Positions 1 to 14,237 of a stretch of 64,000 nt of DNA are shown here, one piece after another. Position 1 is the first letter of the stretch. The number at the start of each line of letters is the position of its first letter. The position numbers and the translations under genes are program-made. The stretch comes from Isurus oxyrinchus (lineage: Eukaryota), in assembly GCA_026770705.1 (NCBI GenBank), contig JANJGN010000010.1, positions 39,680,001-39,744,000 on the forward strand. The letters are read 5' to 3'. The notes beneath the pieces are model-generated. The model saw nothing but the letters and a program-made list of their open reading frames with translations, was not told the DNA's origin and searched no databases.

Positions 1-3000
1 AGTTTAGGATGAGGGGTCTTTTTGTTGTGCACATGCTCCCCAATCTTAGAAGATTAAACAATCCACCAACAAGAGACAATGAGCGCAAAGTTTCTTGCGG
101 AGCGTTTTGCTAGTGCTGTTGGGAGGGCTTTAAACTAACTCAGCAGGGTTGTGGGAACCAATAAAAAATATTAGAGAGGAATATCAGGGTGCATAAAATA
201 TTGGGAGGGACAGATAGCACTAGCATAGGGAATAGTAAGTTAATAGGTAAAATCTGGGTAAGGGAGAAAGTAACACAATCTAAATCAGGTTTACTATGCA
301 TATATGTGAATGCACAGAGTATAGTAAATAAGATTGGGGAGTTACAGGCACAGATTACCATGTGGAAATATGATGTTGTGGTGATAACTGAGATCTGGCT
401 CAAGGAAGGGCAGAATTGGATGTTAAATATGCCCAAGGTATTCAGAAGAGGTAAGGAAAGGAGGAGGGGTGGTGGTATTGGTTAAGGAGAGCATTGCAAT
501 GCTGGAGAAAGAGGATGTCCCAGAGGGTTCAAGGACAGAATCAATTTGGCTAGAGCTAAGGAACAAAAAGGGTGCAATTACATTGCTCGGTGTCATCTAT
601 ACACCATCAAATAGCGAGAAGGATGTAGAAGAACAATTCTGCGGGGAAATCACAGAGATGCAAGCATTATAGAGTAGTTATAATGGGGAACTTTAATATC
701 TGAACGTAGACTGGACAGTGATAGTGTAAAGGGCAGAGAGGGGCAAAACTTCCTAGATTGTGTTCAGGAGAATTTTCTACAGCATTATATGTCCAATCCA
801 ACAAGAAGAGTCCTGGTTCTTGGAAATGAGGTGGGCTAAGTAGATCAAGCGTCAGTGGAGGAACATTTAGGAGACAGTGATCATTATATGTTTTAGGATG
901 ATGATAGAGAAGGAAGATAGGCAATCCAAAGTAAAAATAATTAACTGGACAAGAGCCGACATCGATGGGGCAAGAACGGAACTGGGCCAAATAGACTGGA
1001 ATTAAAGCTTGGCAGAAAAACTGTAGCTGAACAATGGGCTACCTTCTTTTCAAAAAAAAATTGGTTCGGGCGCAGTCAAGATTTTTCCATCGAAAGGGAT
1101 AGGTAGGACAAACAAATCCAGAGCTCCCTGGATGAAAAAGGAGATTGAAGTTAAGATAAAGAAGAAAAGTGCGCTTATGACAGGTGTCAGGTAGAAAATA
1201 CAATTGAGAACCAAGAAGAGTACAGAAGATTCAGAGGAAAAATGAAAAAGCATATTAGAGAAGCAAGGAAGGGTTATGAGAGAGGGCTGGCAGCCAACAT
1301 AAAAGGGAATGCCAAAGTCTTCAATAGGCATATAAATAGTAAAAAGGAGTAGGGCCAATTAAGGACCTAAAAGGGAATTTATAAATGGACGAAGGGGCCA
1401 TGGTTGAGGTATTAAATGAATACTTTTCATCTGCCTTTACAAGGGAGGTAGATGCTACCCAGGCCATGGTGACAGAAGAGGAAACTCTGTCACTAGAAGG
1501 GTTCAAAATTATTGCGGAGGAAGTGTTGAATAGGTTATCAGCACTTAAAGTTGACAAAGCACCAGGACTGGGCAAGATGCATCCAAGAATATTGAAGGAA
1601 GTGAGAGCAGAAATTGCAGGGGCACTGGCCATAATCTTTCAGTCTTTCCGAGACTCAGGGGTGGTGCCAGAGGACTGGAGAATTGCAAACATTACATCCT
1701 TGTTCAACAAAGGTTGTAAGCATAAGCCCAGCAATTACAGACCAGTCAGTTTAACTTCAGTGGTGGGCAAGATTCTAAAACCAATTATTCGGGATAGAAT
1801 TAGTAGTCACTGAAAAATATGGTTTGGAAAGGAAGAGCCAGCATGGAATTCTAAAGGGGAAATCATGTTTTAACTACTTGCTGGAGTTTTTTGAAGAGGT
1901 AACAGAAAAAGTTGATGAAGGTAATGGTGTTGATGTGGCGTACATGGACTTTGAAAAGGGATTGATACAGTGCCACACAGCAGACTTGTGAGAAAAGTTA
2001 TTGCTCATGGAATAAAAGGGACAGTAGCAACATGGATATAAAATTGGCTGAAAAATAGGAAGCAGAGGGTGATGGTCAATGGATATTTTTCAGGCTGGAG
2101 GAAGGTTTATAGTGGAGATCCCCAGGGGTCGGTATTGGGACCCTTGCTTTTCCCAATATATATTGATGATCTAGATCTTGATGTGCAGGGGACAATTTCA
2201 AACTTTGCAGGTGATACGAAGCTTGGGAGTGTTGTGAACTGTGAGGAGGATGGTGTGGAACTTCAAGAGGACATAGATAAGTTGGCAGAGTGGGCAGGTA
2301 AGGGGCAGATGAAGTTCAATGTAGAGAAGTGTGAGATGATGCATTTTGGTACAGAGAACATGGACAGAATATAAAATAAGGGGTGAAATTTTGAAGGGGG
2401 TGCAAGAGTAGAAAGACTTGGGTGTATATGTGCATAGATCATTGAAGCTGGCAGGACAGGTGGAGAGAGCAGTTAAGAAAGCACATAATATCCTGGACTT
2501 TATTAATAGGGGCATAGAATACAAAAGCAGGGAAGTTATGCTGAATTTATATAAGACACTCGTTAGACCTCAGCCGGAATATTATGTGCAGTTCTGGGCA
2601 CCATTTTAGAGGAAGGATGTGAACACATTGGAGAGAATGCAGAAAAGGTTTACAAAAATGGTTCCAGGGATGAGAAACTTCTGCTATAAGGATAGATTGG
2701 AGAGGTTGGGACTGTTCTCCTTGGAGAGAAGGCAAATGAGAAGAGATTTGATAGAGATGTTCAAAATCATGAAAGGGTTGGACAGAGTAAATAGGGAAAA
2801 GATGTTCCCACTCCTAAAAGGATCAATAAGAGGGCACAGATTTAAAGTGATTTGCAAAAGAAGCAAGTGTGACATGAGAAAAACCATTTTCACACAAGTA
2901 GTTCGGGTCTGGAATGCACTGCCTGGAAGTATGGTGGAGGCAGGTTCAATCAAGGCATTCAAGAGGGCATTAGATGATTATTTAAATAGAAACAATATGC

Positions 3001-3120
3001 AAGGGTACAGGGAAAAGGCAGGGCAACGGCACGAGGTCATAATGCTTATTTGGAGAGCCGGTGCAGACATGATGGGCCGAATGGCCTCCTTCTATGCCAT
3101 TAAGATTCTGTGATTTCATA
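1..3120 (+). mobile_element. CR1 LINE (HER1-like), ORF1 tail plus degenerate APE-RT ORF2
   Basis: APE motifs (YVNAQSIVNK, DVVVITEIWL), RT motifs (NYRPVSLTS, PQGSVLGPLLF, LERLGLFSLERR), and CR1 3' end gggccgaatggcctccttct..gattctgtg. Confidence 0.9.
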
Positions 3121-3305
3121 AGCAAGAACACATCAGTGCTGACTAGCAAAATTTATTTTGATACAACACATTTGTGGTAAATCTGCATTTGTTGTTATTT
3201 AATTATGTGAAAGTTTGACAAAATATTCCAATTTATGGAATTGTTCAGCTTAAATGAAGTTTAGTCCCAATTTAGTAATAGAAAAAATATGCGCTAAATT
3301 CTTAC

Positions 3306-3629
3306 CTCCAAGACACAAGATGAAACTGGACCTTGAAGGCCTGTGTGAAGTTGGGAAATGAAGAACCTCAACTATGAATTCCATCTGATGATATTCTGGC
3401 TTAATTAACAATTTCCATCGACTTTCACGGTAGAAGAAGCCAGTCGCTTCATCTAACTGGGGGTCGGTAGAAGTGATTCCTGGATCATCAGTTCTCTCAT
3501 CATTTTTAAACCACATGAACATTGTTTCTTTTGGAAAGAAGCCATATGCATTGCATACAATCGTTGCTTCTTTTCCTGCCTCTGGGAATTCTGGTTCACA
3601 TCTTATGTATCCTACTAATGGAGGAGATA
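3306..3629 (-). CDS. Gene A exon 8, post-TM C1-like Ig domain, F-strand Cys lost
   Basis: gttacag|TA acceptor, G|gtaag donor, 324 nt. SPPLV..TIVCNAYGFFPKETMFMWFKN..EFIVEVLH. The N-terminal part lies upstream of the ORF-track start. Confidence 0.85.
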
Positions 3630-4089
3630 CTGTAACAACACAAAATAAATGTTAAATGTTGTAGTATCTTGCAAGTTACTTCAATAACTGACAGAAAATA
3701 AAATTTAAAAATGCTAGTAAAGTTATTTGTCACAAACATATAGCTGGAAGATGAGGTTACACTAAATCTCAAATTTTGGTCATTCAGATCCTATTATTTA
3801 GTGAATATCATTGTGTGCCATAATGATATACACAACGCAAATTCAGACATTTAAAATGACTATAGAACCTGTTGCTTGTTTGCATCAAAATTATGCACAT
3901 AAATAATCATTTAAACTGATGTCCTACAAATACATTGCCAGCAAAACTACGTGACATGTCAATGAATGGAACAACGTGTGATTATATCAGGTTTTGGCAT
4001 GAATGTGCTTCTATCCCTCAGTATAGATAATACATTGGGAAAACAAATATTCTGTTTGTATTATGATAAATTATACTATAAAGCAGATG

Positions 4090-4730
4090 TACCAAGCTCA
4101 ACGCAAACTGGAGGAACAGCACCTCATCTACCAACTAGGCACTTTACAGTCTTCCAGACCGAATATTGAGTTCAAAACTTTAGATCATGAACTCTCTCCT
4201 CCATTCCCACCCCCTTTCCAATCCACCTTTTTTTTCCAATAATTTATATATATTTTTCTTTCCCCACCTATTTCCATTATTTTTAAATGTATTTCCATGC
4301 ATTGTTTTATCTCCACCTTTTAGCCTATTTCGATCCCTTCCTCCCACCCCACCCCCATTAGGGCTATCTGTACCTTGCTCATCCTGCTTTCTACCCTTAA
4401 TGTTACCTATTAGCACATTTCTTAGCTACTATCACCACCGTCAGCACCTCTTTGTCCCTTTGTCTATGATATCTTTTGGCAATCTCCACCTATCACTGGC
4501 CCTCTATCCAGCTCTACCTGTCCCACCTTCCCCTCCCCTCCCCCCCCAAACCAGCTTATATTTCCCCTCTCTTCTATTTTTCCTTAGTTCTGTTGAAGAG
4601 TCATACAGACTCGAAACATTAACTGTATTCCTCTCCACAGATGCTGTCAGACCTGCTGAATTTTTCCAGGTATTTTTATTTTTGTTTTTGTTTTGGATTT
4701 CCAGCATCCGCAGTTTTTTGCTTTTATCTT
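4090..4730 (+). mobile_element. Penelope-like element 3' fragment (pLTR)
   Basis: caacgcaaactggaggaacagcacctcatc and the terminus gatgctgtcagacctgctgaatttttccagg..atttccagcatccgcag are shared with the GIY-YIG element at 31-32 kb. Confidence 0.8.
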
Positions 4731-4814
4731 AGTGTACCATATTAATATGCTGCGCTGATAACGGAAATAAAAGTATCAAGCAGTTCATGATATGATTTTC
4801 TCCCTTTTATTAAA

Positions 4815-5090
4815 CAACATGTAATTATATAACACCTTTAACATAGTAAAATGTACTAAGGCATTTCACTGGTGCATTGTTGAACAAAATTTGACACCAA
4901 GTGACATGAGATATTAGGGCAGACTGGTCAAAGGGGTAGGTTTTAAAGGAGCATCTCAAATGAAATAAGATGGGTAGCAAGATCAAGGAAGGAAATTCAA
5001 GAGTTTAGGGCCTCAGGAGCTGCAGAGAGGACCACAAATGATGGAGTGATCAAAACTGGGGATGCGCGAGAAGCCAGAATTGGAGGAGCT
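4815..5090 (-). mobile_element. L2-like LINE 3' fragment
   Basis: Reverse complement resembles an L2-type tail; similar to 24530-25530. Confidence 0.5.
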
Positions 5091-5339
5091 TCATTACATC
5101 TGTTGTAGAAAAATATGCATTGCTTACATGACACTAATGAATAAAGGTAAAATCTGATTGATGGCACAACTCTCTCCAGTTCACAGGCACTATATATATA
5201 TAGCCTAAAAGAAGGATTCTTTTTACATACCCACTCAGCTGCAGGCCACAGATCACAAATACACTACTCTTCCCACTTAATTTTAGAGGCTCTCCTTTAG
5301 CTCCTATCCTTCAGAGGCATTTTTGTCTCTCCCCAAATG

Positions 5340-7510
5340 CTGGCTAACATTAGCTATACTGTAGGCCAAGAGTATAAATCAAGACATAATGCGAGAAAAT
5401 GTGCTGCAATAATCATGGGCAACTTTAATGTTCATATAGATTGGACAAATCAAATTGGTAAAGATAGCCTTCAGGAGTTCACAGAGTCTATTCAGGACAG
5501 TTTCTTAGAAAACTATGCTGTAAAACTAAGGAATGGGCTATTTTAAATCTGGTAAAGTGTAATAAGACAGGATTAATTAATGATCTCACTATAAAGGATC
5601 CTCTAGAGAAGAATGATTATAAACTGAATATGAAATTCAATCATGCTGAGGATGAGAAACTTGGGTCTGAAACCAGTGACTTAAATAAAGGCAATTACAA
5701 AGATATGAAGACTGAGTTGGCTGAAGTGGACTGGAAAAATGGATTAAAAGGTAAGGTAGATATGTAGTGGCAGGCTTTAAGGAGATATTTCATAATTCTC
5801 AACAAAGACATATTCCTGAGAAAGACAGACTTCCAGAAAGATGAACCATATATAGATAAAACAAATGTCGGTCCCTTGGAGGATTTGATGGGGAATTATT
5901 AATGGGAAACAAAGAAATAGCAGACTTTGAACAAATATTTTATTTCTGTCTTCATGATTGAAGACACTAAAAGCATCCCAACAATGGGAGAAAAATAGGA
6001 GGCAAAAGAAAAGAAGGAACTTAAAACAACTGTCACTGGTGGAAAAAGTACTAGGGACCAAAGGCTGACAAGTCTCCTGAACCTGCATCCTAGGGTCTTA
6101 AAAATATAGCTACAGAAATAGTGGATGCATTGGTTGTAATATTCCAAAATTCCCTAGATTCTGGAAAGGACCCAGTGGTTTGGAAAACCTCAAAAGTAGA
6201 GCCTATAATTCAAGCAAGGAGGGAGACAAAAAGCAGGAAATGACTGTCCAGTTAGTCTAAAATCTATCATTGAAAACATGTTGGAATCCATTATTAAAGT
6301 AGTAGTAACTGGAGATTAAGAAAATTAAGAAAAGTAGATTCAACATAGTTTTATAAAAAGGAAATTTTGTTTGACAAATTTATTAGATTTCTTTGAGGGT
6401 GTATGGAGCAGGGTGGATAAAAGAGAATGTCTAGATGTGGTACAATTGGATTTCCAAAAGGCACTCGATAAGGTGACACAAAAGATTACCACAAAATCAG
6501 AGCTCATTGTATTGGAGCTAATATATTAACATGGATAGAGGATTGGCTAACCAGCAGAAAGCAGAGTTAAGAAATACGGATCATTTTCAGGTTGACAAAT
6601 TGAAACCAGTGGAGTGCCGCAGAGATTCGTGCTGCATTTACAATCTATGTTAATGACTTGGATGAAGGGACTGAGTGTGTGGTAACCAAATTTGCTGACG
6701 ATATAATGATAGGTGCAAAAGCAAGTTAGGAGAACACAAATAGTCTGCGAAGGGATATAGATAGGCTTAAGTGGGCAAAAATTTAGCAGATGGAATATAA
6801 TACAGGAAACATGGTAGAAAGAATAGAAAAGCAAGATATTTTTTAAATGGATAGAGACTACAGACTGCTGCAGTATAGAGGAATCTGTGCATCGTCAAAA
6901 ACAAAGCACAAAAAAAGCATGCAGCTACAACAAGTAATTAAGGCAGCAGATGAAATGCTGATCTTTATTGAAAAGGAAATACAGCATAAAAGTAGGGAAG
7001 TATAGCTACAGCTGTTGGCGAAACTACATCTCAAGTATGACAAACTTGTTTTGGTCTCCTTATTTAAGAGGGATGCATTTGCATTGGAGTCAGTTCACAG
7101 AAGGTTCACTAGTTGAGTCCTGGGATGAAGGGGTTGTCTTAAGAGGAAAGGTTGAGCTGGTTGGACCTACACTCATTGGAGTATAAAAGAATGAGAGGTA
7201 ATCTTATTGAAACATGTAAGATTCTGAGGGGGTCTTGTCAGAGTAGATGCTAAGAGGATATTTCAGAATAAGAGGTCACCCATTTAAGATGGAGATGAGG
7301 AGTATATTTTCTCAGAGGGTTGTGAATCTTTGGAGGAACCATGCAGACTGAATATATTTGTGGCTGAAGTTTCCTATAGGGGAGTCATGGATTATGGGGA
7401 ACAGATTGGATCTTGGCCTCAACTCCATTTTCCTATCAGCCACGATCTTATTGAATGGCAGAGCAGCTTTGAGAAGTTGTATGTTCTGAACCTGCTTCTA
7501 CTTCTTATGT
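5340..7510 (+). mobile_element. Degenerate CR1 LINE ORF2
   Basis: Remnants IIMGNFN, KFADD, FWSPYLR and the CR1 3' tail, with many stops and frameshifts. Confidence 0.8.
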
Positions 7511-8683
7511 TCTGGCTCCATTCATTACTCTGAGATGCTATGCTCACAGGTTCTCGGTCATACCTGAAGGCTTTTCCTTTTGAGCACACCACCTGCCACA
7601 AACTGCAGAAAAAAATCCCTTATACAGCAAAATCTACTGCATGTTAAATACACAGCAAAGAAACTAGCCTTGCAAGCTAAGCATCTTCAGACAGTGATGA
7701 TACCAGTAGAAAGAATGCTTCAGGGAACAAACCAGCAGGGAAGAAGTATTCGGGAAGAAACCAACAGGAAAGAGTATCAGGGAGCAAACTAGTGGTGATC
7801 CACTTCATTTGACCTTTGTCTAATCTTTTAATGAATTGAATGCAGATGGAAAAAAACTTGTATTTGATACACAAAGTTTAAAGCTTGTCCGATAAATTGT
7901 GAAAATCTACTACAAGAAATAGGTGAAATGACTATAACAGATACATTCAAGGGGAAGCTAAATAAACACAAAAGCGAGAAAGGAACACAGGGATATGTTA
8001 ATGAAATTAGGAGAAGGAGGGGGATGGGAGGAGGTATGTTTGGAGCATAAATACCAACATTGGGCTGAATGGTCTGTTTTCGTGCTGTTAATACTATATT
8101 GTAATTCAAAACTTTTAGTAGTGTTAGTTTTACTTTTGGAATGGTGGCCTTCAAGATGAAAATGGTCAGTATTAAAGGGAGAAATTATTTTTTCCAACTT
8201 CATCTCCAGTTTCAATTTCAAGTATTCCCAAGTCAAGTCTAGTACAGCCAGCTACTGAGCAAACCCCATTCAGTCTGTCCAGGATTGTAGCTCGAGCCTC
8301 AGCCGGCATCAGTATGAATTTTTCTACTTTCTACGATATTCCTTCTGGCATTTCTGACTAGGTTTCCAGTTTTGTAATGAATAATATTAAGTTAAGGGTA
8401 ATTTCGTGTTCGTGTCAACTAGAAACTGAAGTTGCCAATCTCATTTCATAGAAGACAACAGGCAACAAGGAAAAGAGATCTTCATTTCATCAATCTGGCT
8501 GTTATCGAACTACAACCCTGACATTAAAATAAGGTCCATGAAACCAGTATGTTACCTGTTCCACTAAACAGTTTTTTTTTTACAAAAAAGTTAACAAAAT
8601 CTACCATAGAGGAATTGTTTTCTAAGGCGAACATTAGAATGTTTTAAAATAATATGTTAACAAATATAAAACATTTTACTTAC

Positions 8684-8995
8684 TCAAAGGAATCAGTGCA
8701 TAATCAGTTTTTCTGCACTCTCTGATACTTTCATGTTGGAATTCACAAGTTAACATTTTCCCGATATCTTCCCTAACAGGAACAAATTTCAAATGACTTA
8801 TGAAATTACAAAGGCCATCCTCTCCGAAGACCACTTCAGAATCAGCATTCATTGTCTTCAGTAAGATACCATCCTTTTTCCAAATAACTTTAATAATTTT
8901 TGGAAAGAAGGAATATATTCTACAAGATGCATATGCAGGTTCATCTACAATTGGAATTTCTGGTGACAGTTTTATATTATCACATTTTGGGATAG
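8684..8995 (-). CDS. Gene A exon 7, post-TM C1-like Ig domain
   Basis: ttcttcag|CT acceptor, A|gtaagt donor, 312 nt. ASCRIYSFFP..WKKDG..LTCEFQHES. Confidence 0.85.
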
Positions 8996-10037
8996 CTGAA
9001 GAAAAATGAGAAAAGAAGTTATAAAATTTTGATAGGAATGAACAATAGTGAAACAAACTGCAACAATTTTTTGAACTAATTTTAGATTGAATCATCAAAA
9101 GGAAACAGATAACTGCTAACAGAAACTGACTTCAGCTCAGCAACATCATAAACAATGGTACAAATGTTTGATTTTAATTATACATCTGTATTGCCACCCC
9201 TCCACAAAATGCAATGAAGCAAAGTTAAAAACGAAAAAGCTACTATCTATTCTATCCCTGGATAAGCCCATTAGCTGTACCTCCCTGATCATTTCTGAAA
9301 TGTAACCCCACTGGAAGGGATATTCTAACTTCACAGTGCTGGTCTGCATGCTTTGAAGTTCCCGCCCTAAACGCCTGCACCTCTCCACATCATTCTGCTC
9401 TTTCAAGATTCTCCTTACCCTCCCAATACCTGCTTCTCTAGCTTTTTTCTGATTACACCTCTATGAAGCACCTTCTCCTCAGGGGAATGGCAGACTAGGA
9501 AAGTGTGAATAAGTCAAGAGAAAGTAACTCCAGTCACAAAAACCAGTCTGATATCAAAGTTAAATTCACCATAAATTGAGGTTAAAGCAGATGAGTTCAA
9601 AATTTTAGGAAGATGTTCAATACATTAAAATTAATGCAAAACAGAATCCACTATATTTAATAACCAGAAACTCTTGGTTACAATTTTCAATTCTTCACTT
9701 GATTACTTTCACTGCAGAAAGATAATCCACGAGAAGTACTTCACATTATAACAAATGTCTTTCTCACCCCCAGGTGGAATGTTCCACTATTCTAAGTTGT
9801 TCCTTATCCAAGATCTTATAAATCTTGTCACAGTTTAAGGGGCAATTAGTCCTGGGATTGCAACACAAGCAATATTAGGTAACATTTTTATTGATAATCA
9901 ATCATTTATCCTACCCAATATTCTTTTAACCGCTAAAAATGCATTTCAATTATTGATTCTGTGCTGGGACATGTTAAATATTGTAGATAAATTTGTAGAA
10001 AAGCATTTTAAATAAAATGGAGAAATGCTGACAATAC

Positions 10038-10415
10038 CTTTTATATTTAAATTAACCTCTTTACATATTTTTGAAGCTGTGGCTGGATGTGTTACTTCAC
10101 AAATATATACTGCTCCGCGGTCTTCATTAATGGTTGGTATAAAATGCAAAACACTGGTAACACTGTGCGTCCTATCTTCATATTCCAGCTCAGTTGTACT
10201 GTGGGCATATTTGGGTTGCTCGGTTTCACTCCCTTCAATGAACTCTGCTTGTTCTGGGTGCAGTTTCACAATTTCTTTTGTTACATTGTCCCTCTTTTTG
10301 GACCAAGTGATAGCCAGGGGTCTGGGTTTAAATCCATTAATTGGGCAGGTCACAGCCAGCACTTCTTCATGAATAATACAAGGCGGTATCACTATATCAG
10401 TCATCCTCGGTTCAA
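10038..10415 (-). CDS. Gene A exon 6, post-TM C1-like Ig domain
   Basis: aag|TT acceptor, G|gtattg donor, 378 nt. VTCPINGFKP..ITW..DRTHSVTSVL..YICEVTHPA. Confidence 0.85.
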
Positions 10416-11079
10416 CTTTTTTTTAAAAAAGGGAAAAAATAGAATTATGTTTTAAAAGTTCTCAGAAATTATAAAATATAAACTACTTAAAAAAACACCC
10501 GAGAGTTTATAGAACCTACTACCCTATCAAGTATAAAGGGCAATTCTGAAATCCTGGCCAAAAAAAGCTGCTAATGTTGCAGCTGTAAGATTCAAACTGT
10601 GTGTTGGCAAACTGGTCAGCTGGCCTTGCCAGGTGCTACAAGACAGCCAGGATTTAAAACATGGTCTGCGCTACTTCAGTCATATTCAGAAAATGTAATA
10701 TGGGAGACCATACAAAATATTGCAAATGTGCAGTTTTCAAGGCTCAAATTTAAAAGGACGTACCCACTTAAAAGAAATGGCCAAAGGAGAGAAAACAAAA
10801 TTAAACATTTTAACCTTTACAAATGTAGCATGGGAGAGGAAAAAATGGCAAGCAAGAATTAATCGGCAAGATCTGAGAACAAGTGTGTGTGAAGATCTTA
10901 AACTTAGAAGAATCTCGTAAGTGAAACCATTCCAACAGTACCATATATCTGCTAAACAGCCCAAAGTTCCAAGTCACAAAACATTGCCTTGCTCACCCAT
11001 GCCAAGTCTTCTCTCAACATTACACTTCTTTCACTGTCTCTCATGCCTCTGCAGGGCAAGCAGTCAAGTTGCAGTACAC

Positions 11080-11316
11080 TAAGATAAAAACAAAAAACTG
11101 CAGATGCTGGAAATCTAAAACAAAAAATAAAAATACCTGGAAAAATTCAGCAGGTCTGACAGCATCTGCGGAGAGGAACACAGTTAACGTTTCGAGTTTG
11201 TATGACTCTTCAACAGAACAGGTCTGTTGAAGAGTCATACGGACTCGAAACGTTAACTGTGTTCCTCTCCGCAGATGCTGTCAGACCTGCTGAATTTTTC
11301 CAGGTATTTTTATTTT
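11080..11316. mobile_element. Palindromic Penelope terminus insertion with 14-bp TSD
   Basis: Inverted arms 11124-11217 and 11223-11316. The direct repeat aagttgcagtacac lies at 11066-11079 and 11317-11330. Confidence 0.85.
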
Positions 11317-12220
11317 AAGTTGCAGTACACAACTGAAAGCTTTGTGGAATAGGGGCTTAATTCGATAATCCATTACAACACAAACATAGCCACTTGCTTC
11401 ATATAAAATGAGCCTTCAGTCTGGGCACATGTCAGCATCAGCGTCTTTGCCCTTCCACCCTACTTTGCAAAGTGAAGCAGTGTGATGACATTGGGAAGCT
11501 GTGTCATGTGATCAATTATGAAAGGAGATGAAAGTGCTGATCACCGTAATTGTTTGCTTTGGTGAGCATCACATTAGGTATAGGAATGAAGAGAAGGTGT
11601 AGTAGCATTTATTGGCAATTAGGGATGGGCAATGAACACTAGCCTAGCCAGCAACGCTCTCATCCCGTAAATGAATAAAAAAAATAGCCTAATGGACTGG
11701 TGACCTTGCCTCCCACTAAGGCTGCCATATGTATGTTGTAAGGTGTCTGCAAATGTCCTTTTTGTAGATAGTATAGGCCAAGAACTGATTCCGGGTAATT
11801 TATAATAAACAGGGACAGATGTTCTTAGCCATTTGCAAGATGGTGTGCCAATATCTATATTATGGTATAGTTCCTACTGATTGCCTGGTCATGATTTATT
11901 TTATTCTGTCAGTTCATTCAAAAAAAAAGTGCATGTGAGACAGTTTGTTAAAAAATTACAAATAGTAAATAAAAATTGGCTTCTAAAAATTGCTCTATAG
12001 ATTCCAATAACATGGAATCAAAAACGGTCCTAAATGCGACCAAAAGCTCCTTCACTTATAGCTTGTTCTCATTCTCATCAATTCACAAAGAAAAATGAGC
12101 AAACCTGGCACAAAAGCTACAGAATTGTGTCTGATGCTTGTTCAAATATTCTTCCACATAACCTTGAGCTTAAATGACACTAAGACATAAAATCTGCACA
12201 AGTACTTCATCTATCTAAAT

Positions 12221-13892
12221 CAGGGATTGGCAGCACCTGGCTCTGAAGCCACATGCAGCTAATTAACATCTCATTTTCAGCTCCCAACCTTTTCCAGTTT
12301 AATGGCATTAATTTTTTTAGGTTTTTTTCTAAGTTAAGTCAAGAAAATGACAAATCAAGGAGCTCGAGAGCAACATAATTTTCCTATTGAACTATTCAGT
12401 TGCTTCATCAAAAATTTAGTTTCTGTGCCATTGGGTTTCAAAGTGGCATCTTTAGAAATTATTCTAAACAATATATGCTAATTGTCATCTTAAAAATATA
12501 AATATAATGTTCAAACCACCCTTAACATTACAGTCTCCTAGTTGTTGACAGTTTATCTCATAATTCAATTCACAGATGTCAAAGAATTTAGCATTCACAA
12601 TTATTTAATGCTGGAATTTATTAAATTATATCGAAGTGATATTAGGAGAAATATCACTGGGAATTTGCTCGCTTTTTTTAAAGTGGGGATAAAAAGTTAA
12701 TTAGGCTGCACTTTATGGTTTTGAAAAGTTGAACAAAAACATCATTGTGCTCTAAATAAACTGTTTGAGTGGTATAGCTACAGCACAGTTATAAATAGTG
12801 CTTTTGGCTCAAGCAACAGGTTTTACGGTTGCAACCATTATTGTTTCTGGAATAGGGAAAGCCATAAATTAAATGTGCTGTTAAAATCTGTTCTTTATCA
12901 TTAAAATCAATGGCTGGAAGAACTGTCACAATTCTACGTGAAAAGAAACATATCACAATGATTCTCCAGGATATAATACAAAGTTGAAGACAAATTGAAG
13001 ATCGGTGTAGCATCAAGATTCAACTTTGAAAGCCAAAATAACTGTTTTTACCTATTCAGGCAATGTCGGAACTGGATTTTTTTCCCAATCTATATACAGG
13101 GTTGTTTTTTTTTATTCATTCACGGGGTGTGGGCTTCGCTGGCTCAGCCAGCATTTCTTGCCCATCCCTAACAGCCCTTGCGAAGGTGATGATGAGATGT
13201 CTTCTTGAACCGCTGCAGTCCATGTGGTGTAGGCACACCCACAGTACTGTTAGGGAAGGAGTTCCAGGATTCTGACACAGTGACAGCGAAGGAACAGTGA
13301 TATGTTTCCAACTCAAGATGGTGTGTGGCTTGCAGGGGAACTTCCAGGTGGTGGTCTTCCCATGCATTTGCTGCCCTTGTCCTCCAAGATGAAAGCAGTC
13401 ATGGAAGGCGCTGTCTAAAGAGGCTTGGTGAGTCCTTGCAATGCATCTTGTAGATGGTACACACTGCCACTGTGCATCGGTGGTGGAGGGAGTGAATGTT
13501 TGTGGATGGGGTGCCAATCAAATGGGCTGCTTTGTCTTGGATGAGGTCGGACTTCTTGAGTTGTTGGAACTGCATTCATCCAAGCAAGTGGAGAGTATTC
13601 CATCACACTCCTGACTTGTACCTTGTAGATGGTGGTCAGGCTTTGGGGAATCAGGAGATGGGAGAGGAAATTACCCAAAATTTACTTGTAACTGCAGTCA
13701 CTCTTATAAACGCCAGAGAGATTAATGCAAATGACCTTTTACAGCATCAAATATGTGCATAATATTCCTTAGGCTCCCAATAAACAACTGCTTTCCTCTT
13801 AAGGTGTGCTTATGCTTTTAACCATTGCTTATTTTTGTTTTGTTGAGGTTCCCAATAGTTTGTATTTTTTTTAAACAAGTTGCCAACCCCTA
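12221..13892. mobile_element. Non-autonomous hAT (Charlie-like) DNA transposon, interrupted by a LINE fragment
   Basis: TIRs cagggattggcagc / gttgccaaccccta and an imperfect 8-bp TSD atctaaat / gtctaaat. Confidence 0.6.
13105..13660 (-). mobile_element. CR1-group LINE family 2 (Zenon-like), 3' fragment
   Basis: YKVQVRSVMEYSPLAWM and 3' tail gggatgggcaa..cccgtgaatgaataaaa. Confidence 0.8.
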
Positions 13893-14237
13893 GTCTAAAT
13901 GTACAAGGTTAATGAATTATAGTCCAGTAAGTAATATAGTATCTGCTCTCCAAATGTTGCGATCCTGCTGCATCTATTGCTCTTTATGTAAGGTTAATTC
14001 TAAATACAAGGGCAGTGGAATTAAAGGAGGCAACAAAAAACATACAGAATGAGTTGGATAAAATACATAACTGGACAGAGCGATTAGGGACTTGACATGC
14101 CAGTGACAAGTTTATTCTGGAAACCATTCTACAACAAGATAGTTTCATTGTGTCAAAATAAATGTACATGTATATCTCTTTATGAACAATATTTCTTTGA
14201 CTCTGTTCACTTAGCATCACTTGTAATTTACACTTAC

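Noticed and set aside
1-3120. Active LINE or host reverse-transcriptase genes
   Set aside because: All CR1-type ORFs in the window have multiple stops and frameshifts.
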